DNA of 64,000 nucleotides. It comes from an uncultured Thermoleophilia bacterium. GTDB lineage: Bacteria > Actinomycetota > Thermoleophilia > UBA2241. Below are positions 1-10,934 of this stretch, one piece after another. The position numbers and the translations under genes were made by a program. The notes beneath the pieces are model-generated. The model did no database searches. It was not told the DNA's origin and was given only the letters and a program-made list of their open reading frames with translations. The stretch is taken from the NCBI GenBank assembly GCA_963762125.1, contig CAVXJO010000001.1, positions 72,610 through 136,609 on the forward strand, read 5' to 3'. The stretch's first letter is position 1. Each line of letters begins with the position of its first letter.

Positions 1-87
1 GCGCAGCCCGAGGGGGCGTCGAGCCACTTCGCCAAGGACTTCGACTGCAGGTGGGACTACGCCGCCGTCCGCCGCCTCGCCGTCCGA

Positions 88-2158
88 TCAGGTCGGGTTC
101 TCGATCTCGACCGGCTCGATCTCATCGGCCGGCGTGAACCCCCACACGCGGCCGTAGAAGTACAGCTCCGCCTCCTCGGCGCGGATGATGCTCTCCGCCT
201 TGCGGAAGCCGTGCTGCTCGCCCTCGAAGCCGAGGTAGGCGAACGGCAGACCCTTGCGCCGAAGCGCCTCCACGATGACGTCCGCCTGCGCCGGCGGCAC
301 GATCACATCCTCAAGTCCCTGAAGCAAGATGACCGGGCAATCGATGTCGTCGACGTGGTGTATGGGAGAGCGCTCGCGATAGACGTCCTGCCGCTCCGGG
401 TAGGGGCCAAGCAGGCTGTCCAGGTACTGCGACTCGAATTTGTGCGTGCCGCCGGTGGCGAACGCCTCCAGGTCGGCGAGGCCGAACAGGCTGGCGCCGG
501 CGCTGAAGACGTCGAAGCGCGTGAGCGCGTTGAGCGTGGTGTAGCCGCCTGCGCTGCCGCCGCGGACGCCGATGCGCGCCGGGTCGGCGTCGCCGCGAGC
601 GATGAGGTAGCGCGCGGCGTTGATGGAGTCGACGGTATCGACGACTCCCCACTCGCCGCGCAGCCGCTCCCGGTACTCGCGGCCGTAGCCGGTCGACCCG
701 CCATAGTTGACGTCGACTACGGCGATGCCGCGCGAGGTCCAGTACTGGATGTCGAGGTCGAGCCTCGCCTCATGCGACGAGGTGGGGCCGCCGTGCACGT
801 TGACGAGCAACGGCGGCAGTTCGCCCTCCGGCGCGGCGAAGTCCGGGTTCGCCGGTGGGTAGTAGTTGGCGTGCGCGCTGAGGCCGCCCTCCGTCGGGAA
901 CGTGATCGCCTCCGGGCGACTGATGTAGGCCGGGTCGATGGGGACCGTGCGGCCCCGGCGAACGACCTCACGGTCGCCGGTCCGCGGCTCGACGATGGCG
1001 ACCTGCAAGCCCTCCGTGTGCGTTGCGGCGATCAGGCCGAGTCGGTCGCCGAGCGGCGCGAGCGAGAACACGACCGTGTACGGCGAGTCGAGCTCGCGAA
1101 GCGCCGAAGCCTCGTGCTGCGTGGCTTGTCCCCTCGCCGGTGCGTCGAGGACGGCGAGGTGATCGCGGCCGTCCTCCGTGTAGCCGACGGCCAGTGTCCC
1201 GTCGGCGAGGAAGACGAAGTGCTGCAGGCCGAAGACCCACGGGACTTTGGCGAACTCGGCCTCGCGAGTGACCAGCGGGCACGGCTCCGGCGCGCCGTCC
1301 GCGGCGTCGAGCGCGACCGCGTACAGGTTCCACCATCCGGTGCGGTCGCTGGCGAACCACAGCTCGCCGCCGGGGCTCCAGAGCGGCTGCAGGATCGACT
1401 CCTGCGGACCGCCGGCGGCCAGCCGCTCGCCGCTGATGGCGCCGTCTTCGGTGAGCTCCGCCGTCCACAGCTGAGTGCCGTCCCACGGCATCCGCGGGTG
1501 GTCCCAGCTGAGCCAGGCAAGACGCCGGCCGTCCGGGCTGAGCCTCGGGGCGGCGAAGAAGTCGTGCCCTGAGGCGATCACTCGGGGCGCGGCCGAGCCG
1601 TCTGTGAGCACGCTGACGAGCTCGTTGACCACCTCTCCACCGGCCTCGTGCCGCTCACGCACGGTCACGAGCAGACGCGCCGTCCGGGGTCACGCGCCCG
1701 TCGGCGTAGCGGTGGGCGCGCTCTGCCGGCGGCGGCGCGGTGATCGGCCGCGGCGCCGTCCAGGAGGCCGGCCGGGCTTCGCCGGCCGGCCGCAGGTCCT
1801 GCCGGTACAGCCGCTGGTCGGCCTGGTCGCTGAAGATGACGCTCTCGCCGACCGCGCCGAGGAAGGCGACGTACATGCCGCCCCCGTATTCGTGCACGAG
1901 CGTGCGGGCGCTCACGCCGGGCGGCGTGACGTCGGCGATCTCGCCGTCCGGCGCTCCGCGCACTACCACGTAGCGGCCGTCTTCGAGCGGCCGCAGCTCG
2001 GTCCAGTACAGAGACTCACCGGCGCTCTGCGGCCACATCGTGCTCACGCCGCCCTCGGCGATGAGCTTCGCCGTCACCGGGGATCGCCAGGAGCCGTAGG
2101 GAGCCACCTCTCTAGGGCCGGGGGTAATCGCGCCTAGGCCGTCAGTCCGTTCAAGCAT
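88..2158 (-). pseudogene. S9 family serine peptidase (prolyl oligopeptidase / acylaminoacyl-peptidase-like), N-terminal beta-propeller and C-terminal alpha/beta hydrolase halves in different frames
   Basis: ORF 1655..2158 carries the propeller N-terminus (PYGSWRSPVTA, LYWTELRP). ORF 88..1668 carries the rest of the propeller plus the catalytic domain (GGSAGGYTTL Ser motif, DxxV, HGF). The frames meet at ~1670-1690, where removing one base restores RVTPDG-RLLVTVRER. Confidence 0.7.
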
Positions 2159-2350
2159 CGTCGCCCACTCTCCCTCTCTCCACGACGGCAGGGCTCGTCC
2201 CGCCGTGTGTCAGGCGCTTGCTACCCGGGCTGCGGCTGCGGCAATCGTCGCGCGGCGCAGATATGGCGGCAGGATCGGAGCGCTGGAAGTGGCGCGGACG
2301 CAGCTGGGCGCCGAGCGCATGCTCCGCCTGCGCGCTGCAGGCGGGGCCGG

Positions 2351-4741
2351 TCAGCGGGCGGGCTGCTCGACGCGGAAGACGTGGTGGCGGTTGGCGCCGC
2401 GTTCACAGTCGAAGGCGAGGGTCGCGCGCGAAAGGTCCTTGACATCGAGGCCGCGGAGCTCGGCGTGGTCGAGACGGAAGTTCCGCAGGTTGGTCGCGAA
2501 GAGGAGCGTCCCGCCCGGGGCCAGCAGGCGCCGGACGGTGAGGCGGATGAGGTCGGCGTGGTCACGCTGGACGTCGAAGGTGGCGCGGCCCATGCGCTTG
2601 GAGTTGCTGAAGGTCGGTGGGTCGAGCCAGATGAGGTCGAACTGGCCGCCCGCCTCAGCGACCCAGCGCAGGCAGTCGGCCTGGACGAGGGTGTGCGGCG
2701 CGGAGGCCCCCGTGCCCGGTCCGCCCGGCGCCGAGGCTTCCGCCTTGCCGGGCCCCGGCGACCAGGTCTCGCTCGCGGCTGAGAACCCGTTGGCGCCGAG
2801 GTTGCTCGCGGCCCAGGTCAGGTAGGTGGCAGAGAGATCGACCGTGGTGGATGCCGGTGACCCTCCGGCGAGGGCGTTCACCGTCATCGTGCCGGTGTAG
2901 GCGAAGAGGTTGAGGAAGCGCCGGCCGCCGGCCAGCCGGCGGACCAGGCGGCGGGTGAGCCGCTGGTCGATGAAGAAGCCGGTGTCCAGGTAGGTGTTCA
3001 GGTCGACGAGATAGGAGAGGTCGTCCTCGCTCACCTCGAGGCGTCCGCCCGCGTCGCCGCGGCGCTCGTACTGCGCCGCGCCGCGCTGACGGCGGCGCTC
3101 CTTGAGCACCACGCGGTCGGGCGGGGTCCCGAGGACGGCGCCGATGACTTCGACCGCCTCGGCGAGACGGCGCTGGGCCTTGCCGGGATCGATCTCGGGT
3201 GGCGCCGCGTATTCCTGGACGTGCACCCACTCGCCGTACACATCGACGACCAGGTTGTACTCGGGCAGGTCGGCGTCGTAGAGGCGGTAGCAGGTGATGT
3301 CTTGGCGCTGCAGTCGCCGGGCCAGCCGGCGCTGGTTCTTGCGCAGCCGGTTGGCCAGGTACTCGGCGCCGCCGCCGAGCATGCTCCGCGGACCGACGAC
3401 CTGAGGTTCAGCCTGCGGTGTGCCGGGCGGCTGCTTATCGGCGACTGCGGTCGGCGGCTCGGTCGGCGTCGTCTTGCGGGAGGAAGAGCGCGCCTCGGCA
3501 CGCGCCGTGCGTGGCGCGGCTGCTCCAGTGGGGGTCGCGCCCGCCTCGAAGTAGGCGAGCACGCACTCCAAGGGGCCGTTGCGCAGGTCCGTCTCTCGTT
3601 TGGGCGCAAGGCCGACGGCTTTGAGCTGCCGGTGGTCGCCGGCGAGGACGACTGCGCTCCACCCCGGGAACGCGTCCCGGAGACGCTCGCCGAGCTGGCG
3701 GTAGACGGCCTCTGTGTCGGCGACCTCCAGGCGCTCGCCGTAGGGCGCGTTGGTGGCGAGCAGGCCGCGCTCCGCAGGCGCGGCGACCGACTCAAGCTGG
3801 GCGTGCTCGATCGTCACCAACCCGTGCAGGCCTGCCCGCTTGACGAAGTCGCGCGCGACCTTCACGGCGCGCTGGTCCCTGTCCGAGCCGCGGATGGCGA
3901 CGCCGGGTCGCGCGGCCGCGAGTCGTTTGATGCCGACGCCGCGCCGCTCCCGCGCCTCGAGCAGCAGCGCGTTCCAGAGGTCGGCGTCGTGCCGGCGCCA
4001 GTGGAGGAACCCGAACGCCGGCGCCGCCCCAGGCTTGAGTTCCGCCTCGGCGCGCAGCAGGCCGGGCGCGACGTCGGCCGCCATGAGCGCCGCCTCGATC
4101 GGCAGCGTGCCCGACCCACAGAGCGGGTCCAGCAGGCTCGCGCCGGCGGCGGCCTCGTGCGGCCAGGCCGCGTACAACAGGAGTCCGGCGGCGAGGTTCT
4201 CCTTGAGCGGCGCCTCGACCTGCACCTTGTCGGCGCGGTAGCCGCGCCGGTGCAGACTCTGCCCGCTGAGATCGATCGAGATGGCCACGCGCGTGCCGGC
4301 CAGGTGCGCGTTGACGCGCACGTCGGGCGCGCGCGCATCGACAGAGGGGCGCTTGCCGCCGGAGGTGGCGCGGAACTGGTCGACGATGGCGTCCTTGATG
4401 CGCACGGCGCCGAAGCGGGTGTCCCTGATCCTGTCGTTGACGCCGGTGAAGTCGACCGCCAGCGTGTCGTCCACAGCGAGGTGCCGGGACCAGTCAACCG
4501 CCTGCGCGGTCTTGTAGAGGTCGTCGCCGTCGCCGGCCGTCCCGTTCGCCACGGGAAGCAGGATCCGGCCCGCGAGCCGCGACCACAGGCAGGCGCGGTA
4601 GGCCGTCTCGAGCGAGCCCGAGAAGGAGACGCCGGCGCGCACCTGTTTGACGTGCGCCGCGCCCAGGCCGCGCAGTTCGCCGGCGAGCAAGGACTCGAGT
4701 CCGCGCGGGACGGTCGCGAAGAGGGAGAGGTCGGTCACCAC
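2351..4741 (-). CDS. rlmKL: bifunctional 23S rRNA (guanine2069-N7)/(guanine2445-N2) methyltransferase RlmKL
   Basis: 796 aa. N-terminal THUMP-like region followed by LLDPLCGSGTL (SAM site). C-terminal second Rossmann MTase with the DPPTFSNSK motif. A low-complexity Ala/Pro/Thr linker (~80 aa) separates the two halves. Confidence 0.75.
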   Translation of the reverse strand: MVTDLSLFATVPRGLESLLAGELRGLGAAHVKQVRAGVSFSGSLETAYRACLWSRLAGRILLPVANGTAGDGDDLYKTAQAVDWSRHLAVDDTLAVDFTGVNDRIRDTRFGAVRIKDAIVDQFRATSGGKRPSVDARAPDVRVNAHLAGTRVAISIDLSGQSLHRRGYRADKVQVEAPLKENLAAGLLLYAAWPHEAAAGASLLDPLCGSGTLPIEAALMAADVAPGLLRAEAELKPGAAPAFGFLHWRRHDADLWNALLLEARERRGVGIKRLAAARPGVAIRGSDRDQRAVKVARDFVKRAGLHGLVTIEHAQLESVAAPAERGLLATNAPYGERLEVADTEAVYRQLGERLRDAFPGWSAVVLAGDHRQLKAVGLAPKRETDLRNGPLECVLAYFEAGATPTGAAAPRTARAEARSSSRKTTPTEPPTAVADKQPPGTPQAEPQVVGPRSMLGGGAEYLANRLRKNQRRLARRLQRQDITCYRLYDADLPEYNLVVDVYGEWVHVQEYAAPPEIDPGKAQRRLAEAVEVIGAVLGTPPDRVVLKERRRQRGAAQYERRGDAGGRLEVSEDDLSYLVDLNTYLDTGFFIDQRLTRRLVRRLAGGRRFLNLFAYTGTMTVNALAGGSPASTTVDLSATYLTWAASNLGANGFSAASETWSPGPGKAEASAPGGPGTGASAPHTLVQADCLRWVAEAGGQFDLIWLDPPTFSNSKRMGRATFDVQRDHADLIRLTVRRLLAPGGTLLFATNLRNFRLDHAELRGLDVKDLSRATLAFDCERGANRHHVFRVEQPAR

Positions 4742-4885
4742 GCAAGGCTACCACGCGGCTGCCGCCGGCCTGCAGGCCGATCGCCCGCGCAGGCATTCAA
4801 GAACAGGCTTAGAATCGTCGAGGTAGTACGCAGACTGTCTCTGCGCTTCGTAAACCTGCTCGCGTCGCGCGTCGTGGGAGGGGCC

Positions 4886-6262
4886 ATGTTCCGTCATCTG
4901 CTGATCATCATCGCCGCATTCGGGCTGGCGCTGCCGGGCATCGTGAGCGTGACGGCCGCCGTGACCGACGCGCCCGCCTCGCCCCTCGGGCCTTCGTCGC
5001 CGCCCGCCGTCCCGGTCGCGCCGCCGAGCGTCGTCCCCAGTGCCTCGCCCTCACCGGGCGACGTCACGCCGCCGGTGACCACCGCGAGCGGCATGGGGTC
5101 GCGCTGGCGCAATGACGCGGCGACGGTCAAGTTCACCGCGACCGACAGCGAGTCGGGCGTCGCGGAGACCTTCTACCAGGTGGACGGCGGGACGTGGAAG
5201 GCCGGCGATCAGGTCGTGGTGCGAGCTCCCAAGGACCACTCCAACGACGGCGAGCACAGCATCGCGTTCTACTCCGTGGACAACGCTCTCATCCAGGAGG
5301 CGATCAAAACGGTGACCGTGAAGATCGATACGCGGCCGCCGCACTTGGCGTGGAAGAGCGTGACTCCCGGGATCATCCGCCGCGTCGAGCCGGTGACGCT
5401 GCGCTTCAGTCTGGTCGAGCGCAACGGCCCGGTGAAGGTGTCCTACAAGGTCACGGACCAGTACGGCTACCTGGCCGTGAGCAAGGCGGGGCTCGAACGC
5501 AAGGCCGGCGCGCGCAGTATCCAACTGATTCCTCGCTACCCGAACCACAAGGGTCTCGTGCCCGGCGTGTACCGCGTGCAGCTCACCGTCCGGGACGAGG
5601 CCGGCAACGTGACCGTGTCCAACCGCCGCACGTTCCGCGATCTCCGCGCCGTGAGCGGCGGTGTGTGGCGCCGTATCAAGGGTGCCGGCAGGATGGTCGC
5701 GTTGACCTTCGACGACGGCAACAACAGCGCCTGGGCGAGCATCCTCGGGACGCTCAAACGGTACAAGGCGCACGCGACGTTCTTCCCACTGGGCTCTTAC
5801 GTGGCCTCCAGCCCGTCGCTGGCCCGCCGCACGGTGCGGGACGGGAACGCGATCGGTACGCACGGCTGGACGCACTCGATGATGACGCGTCAGAGCGTGA
5901 GGCAGATCCAGAGTGAGTGGATGCGCGCGGCGGCGCCGTGGTGGAGCGCCACCGGCTACTCGCCGGTGCCCTACTGCCGGCCGCCCTACGGCGACATGGC
6001 CTCCGCCACGACCGCGGCCTCCGCCGCCATCGGCTTCTACCGCGTCATCCTCTGGGACGTGGACCCGCGCGACTGGAGCCAGCCCGGCGCGGGGGCGATC
6101 ACGTCGCGGGTGCTCTCCCACGTGCATCCCGGCGCGATCGTGTGCATGCACCTCACGCCGCAGACGGCGCAGGCCTTGCCCTCGATCCTTAGCGGGCTGA
6201 AGGCGCGCGGCTACAGGGCCGCGAGTCTGCCCGAGATGTTCCACGCCGCCGGGCTGCGTTAG
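4886..6262 (+). CDS. secreted polysaccharide deacetylase (NodB homology domain) with signal peptide, Pro-rich linker and two Ig-like/beta-sandwich domains
   Basis: MFRHLLIIIAAFGLALPG signal peptide, then a PSxP linker and a beta-sandwich domain (WRNDAATVKFTATDSESG...). C-terminal NodB motifs are present (ALTFDDG, HGWTH, RPPYG, WDVDPRDW). The 5' part of ORF 3221..6262 is antisense to rlmKL and was discarded. Confidence 0.75.
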   Translation: MFRHLLIIIAAFGLALPGIVSVTAAVTDAPASPLGPSSPPAVPVAPPSVVPSASPSPGDVTPPVTTASGMGSRWRNDAATVKFTATDSESGVAETFYQVDGGTWKAGDQVVVRAPKDHSNDGEHSIAFYSVDNALIQEAIKTVTVKIDTRPPHLAWKSVTPGIIRRVEPVTLRFSLVERNGPVKVSYKVTDQYGYLAVSKAGLERKAGARSIQLIPRYPNHKGLVPGVYRVQLTVRDEAGNVTVSNRRTFRDLRAVSGGVWRRIKGAGRMVALTFDDGNNSAWASILGTLKRYKAHATFFPLGSYVASSPSLARRTVRDGNAIGTHGWTHSMMTRQSVRQIQSEWMRAAAPWWSATGYSPVPYCRPPYGDMASATTAASAAIGFYRVILWDVDPRDWSQPGAGAITSRVLSHVHPGAIVCMHLTPQTAQALPSILSGLKARGYRAASLPEMFHAAGLR

Positions 6263-6313
6263 CGCCGGCGTCGCGCCGGGCCGCTGAGGGACCGCCGGCG
6301 CGGCGGCCGCCGG

Positions 6314-8278
6314 CTAGACGAGCGTGCCGGGGGCCGAGCCGCCGGAGGCCCGCTCGGTGATCAGCGCCAGGAACGCGTCACCGTACCGCTCGAGCTTGGC
6401 TTGGCCGACGCCGTTCACCTCGAGCAGTTCCGCATGCGTGGCCGGCCGCCGCGCCGCCATCTCGGCCAGCGTCGCGTCGCTGAACACCACGTACGCCGGC
6501 ACGTTCTGCTCGTCGGCCAGACGCTTGCGCAGCCCGCGCAGCGCCTCGAAGAGCGCCTCGTCGACCGGCATCCCGGCAAGCTCGGCCGCGCGGCCGGCAC
6601 GGTCCGTGCGCAGCCGCTGCTTCTTGGTCGGCACGCGGACCCGCGGCTTGGCCATGATGAGCGTCTCGTCGCCGCGCAGGAGCGGGCGGGCCGCGTCCGT
6701 GAGCCGCAGAGCCGAGAACCGCGCGATGTCCTGGGTGAGGTAGCCGCGATGGATGAGCTGGCGGATGAGGCTCTGCCAGTGGTCGCGGCTGAGCTCGGCA
6801 CCGATGCCGTAGGTGCTCAAGCCGTCGTGACCGCGACTGAGGATCTTGTCGTTCTCCGACCCGCGCAGGACGTCGATGACGTAACCGACGCCGTAGCCGA
6901 ACCCGTCGCGCTCCCAAAGCCGGTACACGCAGCTGAGAGCCATGCGCGCCTGCTCGGTGGCGTCGAAGGTCTCCGGCGGTTCGAGGCAGATGTCGCAGTT
7001 GCCGCACGGCGCCTGGTAGGGCTCGCCGAAGTAGCCGAGGAGCGCCTCGCGCCGACAGCTCAGGCCGTCGGCATAGCCCACCATGACGTTGAGCTTGTGG
7101 ATCTCGATGCGCACCCGTTCCGGGTCGCGCTGTACCTCCTCCTCACTCCTTCCGCCGCGGCCGCCCTCGATGAGACTGCGCACGACGGCGGCGTCGCCGA
7201 GGCCGAAGAGCAGCAGGGCCTCGGCAGGCAGCCCGTCGCGGCCGGAGCGGCCCGTCTCCTGGTAGTAGCTCTCCACGGTCTTGGGAAGGTCGTGGTGCAC
7301 GACGAAGCGCACGTCGCTCTTGTCGATGCCCATGCCGAAGGCGACGGTGGCGACGACGATGTGGACTTCGTCGCGTGCGAACGCGTCCTGGACGCGCCGC
7401 CGCTCGTCCGCCGACAGGCCGGCGTGGTAGGCGGCGGCGTTGACGCCGTGGGCGCGCAGCTTGCCGGCGACCTCCTCTGTGCGCTTGCGCGAGAGGCAGT
7501 AGACGATGCCGGACTCGCCCTCATGGCCGGCGAGGAACTGTGTGAGCTGGTGCAGTGGCTCGCGCTTCTCGACCACGGTGTAGCGGATGTTGGGCCTGTC
7601 GAAGCCGGTGACGTAGACGGCGGCGTCGGCGAGCCCCAGGCGCAGGCGTACGTCGTCGCGCGTCTCGGGGTCGGCGGTGGCCGTGCAGGCCATGATGGGG
7701 ACGCCGGGGAACAGGCCGCGCAGCTGCCCGAGCCGGACGTACTCGGGACGGAAGTCGTGGCCCCACTGGCTGACGCAGTGAGCCTCGTCGATGGCGAACA
7801 GGGCGACACCGGGCAGGCCGCGGCCCGTCCCCTCGCTGTCGCCTGCCGCGCCGAGACTGCGCAGCCGCTCCAGGAAGCCCTCCGTCATGAGCGTCTCGGG
7901 GGCGACGTAGAGAAGGTCGAGCTCGCCGGCGTGCAGGGCGCGCAGCGCGCCGCGCGCCTCATCCGCCTCGAGCGACGAGTTGTAGGCGGCGGCGCTGACG
8001 CCGGCCGCCCGCAGCGCGTCGACCTGGTCCTTCATGAGCGAGATGAGCGGTGAGACGACGATGCCCGTGCCCGGCCTGACCATAGCGGGCAGCTGGTAGC
8101 ACAGCGACTTGCCGCCGCCGGTGGGCATGAGCACGAAGGCGTCGCCTCCGGCCACGAGGTGGTCGACGACGTCCTGCTGGTGCGGCCGGTACTCGGCGAA
8201 GCCGAAGACCTCGCGCAGCAGGTCGCGAGCGGAGCGCGGCGCAGCCGCGGAGCCGGTGGAGGGGGAGGCTGGAGTCAC
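6314..8278 (-). CDS. recQ: ATP-dependent DNA helicase RecQ
   Basis: Helicase motifs are present (MPTGGGKSLCYQLP, DEAHCVSQWGHDFRPEY, a TATA motif, QETGRSGRDG). The RecQ zinc-binding Cys cluster, winged-helix and C-terminal HRDC-like region follow. A GTG start was chosen ~25 aa upstream of FGFAEYRPHQ. Confidence 0.85.
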   Translation of the reverse strand: MTPASPSTGSAAAPRSARDLLREVFGFAEYRPHQQDVVDHLVAGGDAFVLMPTGGGKSLCYQLPAMVRPGTGIVVSPLISLMKDQVDALRAAGVSAAAYNSSLEADEARGALRALHAGELDLLYVAPETLMTEGFLERLRSLGAAGDSEGTGRGLPGVALFAIDEAHCVSQWGHDFRPEYVRLGQLRGLFPGVPIMACTATADPETRDDVRLRLGLADAAVYVTGFDRPNIRYTVVEKREPLHQLTQFLAGHEGESGIVYCLSRKRTEEVAGKLRAHGVNAAAYHAGLSADERRRVQDAFARDEVHIVVATVAFGMGIDKSDVRFVVHHDLPKTVESYYQETGRSGRDGLPAEALLLFGLGDAAVVRSLIEGGRGGRSEEEVQRDPERVRIEIHKLNVMVGYADGLSCRREALLGYFGEPYQAPCGNCDICLEPPETFDATEQARMALSCVYRLWERDGFGYGVGYVIDVLRGSENDKILSRGHDGLSTYGIGAELSRDHWQSLIRQLIHRGYLTQDIARFSALRLTDAARPLLRGDETLIMAKPRVRVPTKKQRLRTDRAGRAAELAGMPVDEALFEALRGLRKRLADEQNVPAYVVFSDATLAEMAARRPATHAELLEVNGVGQAKLERYGDAFLALITERASGGSAPGTLV

Positions 8279-8417
8279 GCGTCCGAGTCTAGCAAGGTTG
8301 ACGGACGGGAGCGGCTGCGGCGACGAGCGGTGGCGAGAACGAGGTGGCGTCAGTCCGCCGCCGCCGTGACGGCTGGGCCGGCGGGCCGGGCACAAGCCCC
8401 GCCGGCCCAGCTCTTGT

Positions 8418-10835
8418 CTACTTGACGGTCCTGGTCGCCCAGGCGCTCACGGCGTTCGTGGAGCCGCCGCCGAAGCGCGCGCGGACGCCGGTGACGCCCG
8501 CGGCGGAGACGGTCGTCCTGGCCTTCCCCCCGGCGAGTGTGGCCGCGCCCGCGGCCACCCAGCGGCCGTGCACGCGGCGCTGGAACCTGATCTTCCCGTC
8601 GGCGTCCTTGGGCGAGACGCGAGCCGTGAGCACGAGCCGTCGGCCGCGGTGCGTGACCGCCAGCCGGGTCGCGGCGCGGACCTTGACGGTCAGCTGGTCG
8701 GCGCCCGGCAGCGTGTCGTCGGTCAGTGCGCCGACCTCGGCCGTGATGAGGACGTTGTGTCTGAAGCCCGGCAGCACGGCGGCGAACAGCGCCAGCCCGT
8801 CGCCGCCGTTGGCGGTCACGGTGAGCGTGGGCTTCGCCGGCTCCGGCTTGCCGGCCTCCCGGCAGTAGATCGCGACCGGCACCTCGTGAGTCGCGCGTCG
8901 CACGGAGCCGGTCAGGCGGATGGGCTCGCCCAAGTCGGCCTTGGTCCTGGCTCGCGCGGTCACCGTCGCCGTCTGCTTCTCCACGCCGCCGCTGAACACC
9001 CAGTCCCCGGAGATGATGGCCTCGGCCGCCGGCTCCGGTCCGTAGGAGTCTTCTTCATCCGACGGATCCGGGATGAAGGCGACGACGACGTCCCCGTTCG
9101 CGGGCAGGCCGTCGACGAGCGCCTTCGTGTCCGCCAGCGTCAGCGGGCCGCTCGCGGACCCGTCATCCTCGGAATCGCTGGAGTATGCGCTCCAGCTCGC
9201 GGCCGGCATCACGTCCAGGTAGCCGCTGAGGACGGTCCCCGCGGGGACGTCCAGCGTGGCGTGCAGTGTCTGCGGCTCACTCGAGCCGCTGTGATAGTAG
9301 GTCACGTCGACCTCGTTCGTCCCTGTGCGGATGGCGCGCGGGATCGTCGCGTCGCTGATCCCTGCGTAGCGGCGCGTGGACGCGAAATCGGCGGTCACGT
9401 CCACCGACTTCACGCGCACGTCGCGGACGCCGTAGGGGTCGTCCAGGACCTTACCCATGATGGTGGTCACGTCGCCGGCGGCTGCGTCTGCCAGACCCTG
9501 CCCGCTGTCGTCAGCGTTGTTGTCCCAGACGTTGTCGCGGGTGATCGTGTAGTCGCTCTTCCCGTCGCTCACGACGACCGTCGTGGTCGTGGTCGCGCTG
9601 CCCGCGAGCGGGTCGCTGTCGAGGGCGTGGTAGAGCCCGGCCGCGGCGGTGTACGTGGTGACGCCCGCATAGTCACCCCAAGGGTCGGCGATCTCCGGGT
9701 AGTACACGGTCGCGAACCACTGGCCGAGGTCGGTCACGTCGGCCACCGGCGCGCCGCCGTCCACGGACCCGTGCGTGGTCACCGGGAACGTGAGCATGGC
9801 GCCGCCGAGCCGCGCGACGACTCCCGCGGAGCGGTCCTGGACGGCGACGCCCTTGGCGTCGGCCGGCGTCATCATCTTGTAGGGCGTGTACGTGGACGGC
9901 CACACGGCGTCGACGGTGGCTCCGGTGAGCCTGCCCTCCACGGGCCCGAGCCCGAGGTCGAGACCCGAGTACCCGCCGAGGATCGGGTGGCCGAAGAGCA
10001 GCGCGGAGTCGCCGTCGACGTAGGTCACCGTGCCCAGGACGCTGAGCGCGTAGTGACCGGTGGAGAAGACGACCCCACAGGGCGACCCCGCCTCCAGTGC
10101 CGGAGTCGCGCCGGCACCGGCCGTCGCCTCGCCGGGGAGCACCGTCAGGCCGCCGCCCTCAAGCCTGGTCGCCAGCTTGCGGTAGGCCGTGCTTCCGCTC
10201 GAGAGTCCAGTGATGCGCGCTACGGCGAGCGGATGCATGACCACCGTGTCGGTGCCGGCCGTGGTCCCCGCCGTCCCGAGGATGAGTCTCTTGACGGGGC
10301 CGGCGGCCGTCGCCACCGGCCGGTCGAGCTTGACGGCGGCGGCCTGCGTGCCCTGCGCCGCCGCCGCCGCATACTGATCCTGCAACGACGTCATGTACTC
10401 TATGGGCGTGGCGAGACCGGTGCCGCGCAACGTGAACCAGTCGCCGTACGACACGGCGCCGACGATACGGTCAGTGCCGTCCACGTTCGCGTACACGGGG
10501 CTTCCGCTCATGCCGGCGGCGATGCCGCCGATGTCGGTGATCGCCGGGTCGGTCGATTCGAACATGATGAGCTTGCCCCAGTAGAAACCGTCCACGATCG
10601 CGAGGATCCGGACCGGGATGTTGGAGACCGTGGTGCCCGACATGCTCGTCTTCATGAAGCCGTCGACGCTGCCGTGGGCGGTGAGCTCGGCCTGCAGACC
10701 GTCGAGGCCGAGCGTCAATGGCGGCGTCGCAGAGGCCGGCGCGGCGACTGCGAGCAGAGCTCCGACGACCGCGATGAGCACAAGGCTCCACCACCTTCCG
10801 TGCCGCGCGCGCGAACCTGCAGAGTGTGTGCCCAT
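8418..10835 (-). CDS. secreted peptidase, S55 (SpoIVB-type) serine protease-like domain with long C-terminal beta-sandwich region
   Basis: Signal peptide WWSLVLIAVVGALLAVAAPASA. The GMSGSPVY motif resembles the SpoIVB/S55 catalytic serine motif. ~800 aa with Thr/Ser/Gly-rich beta-rich repeats. The family call is from memory and needs an HMM check. Confidence 0.5.
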   Translation of the reverse strand: MGTHSAGSRARHGRWWSLVLIAVVGALLAVAAPASATPPLTLGLDGLQAELTAHGSVDGFMKTSMSGTTVSNIPVRILAIVDGFYWGKLIMFESTDPAITDIGGIAAGMSGSPVYANVDGTDRIVGAVSYGDWFTLRGTGLATPIEYMTSLQDQYAAAAAQGTQAAAVKLDRPVATAAGPVKRLILGTAGTTAGTDTVVMHPLAVARITGLSSGSTAYRKLATRLEGGGLTVLPGEATAGAGATPALEAGSPCGVVFSTGHYALSVLGTVTYVDGDSALLFGHPILGGYSGLDLGLGPVEGRLTGATVDAVWPSTYTPYKMMTPADAKGVAVQDRSAGVVARLGGAMLTFPVTTHGSVDGGAPVADVTDLGQWFATVYYPEIADPWGDYAGVTTYTAAAGLYHALDSDPLAGSATTTTTVVVSDGKSDYTITRDNVWDNNADDSGQGLADAAAGDVTTIMGKVLDDPYGVRDVRVKSVDVTADFASTRRYAGISDATIPRAIRTGTNEVDVTYYHSGSSEPQTLHATLDVPAGTVLSGYLDVMPAASWSAYSSDSEDDGSASGPLTLADTKALVDGLPANGDVVVAFIPDPSDEEDSYGPEPAAEAIISGDWVFSGGVEKQTATVTARARTKADLGEPIRLTGSVRRATHEVPVAIYCREAGKPEPAKPTLTVTANGGDGLALFAAVLPGFRHNVLITAEVGALTDDTLPGADQLTVKVRAATRLAVTHRGRRLVLTARVSPKDADGKIRFQRRVHGRWVAAGAATLAGGKARTTVSAAGVTGVRARFGGGSTNAVSAWATRTVK

Positions 10836-10934
10836 GTGCCCCCCATTCGTTGACCACCGGCCGAAACGGCCCCGTGCCGGTGAACCTGACTCTATCGTCG
10901 CGCGGCGTCCGCGTCGGGCGCAGGAGGCCCTCAA

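Noticed and set aside
3221-4885. 5' two-thirds of the 1013-aa ORF 3221..6262 on the + strand
   Set aside because: It is antisense to the well-supported rlmKL gene. It is Arg/Ala-rich with no domain. The real gene begins at the signal peptide MFRHLL (~4886).
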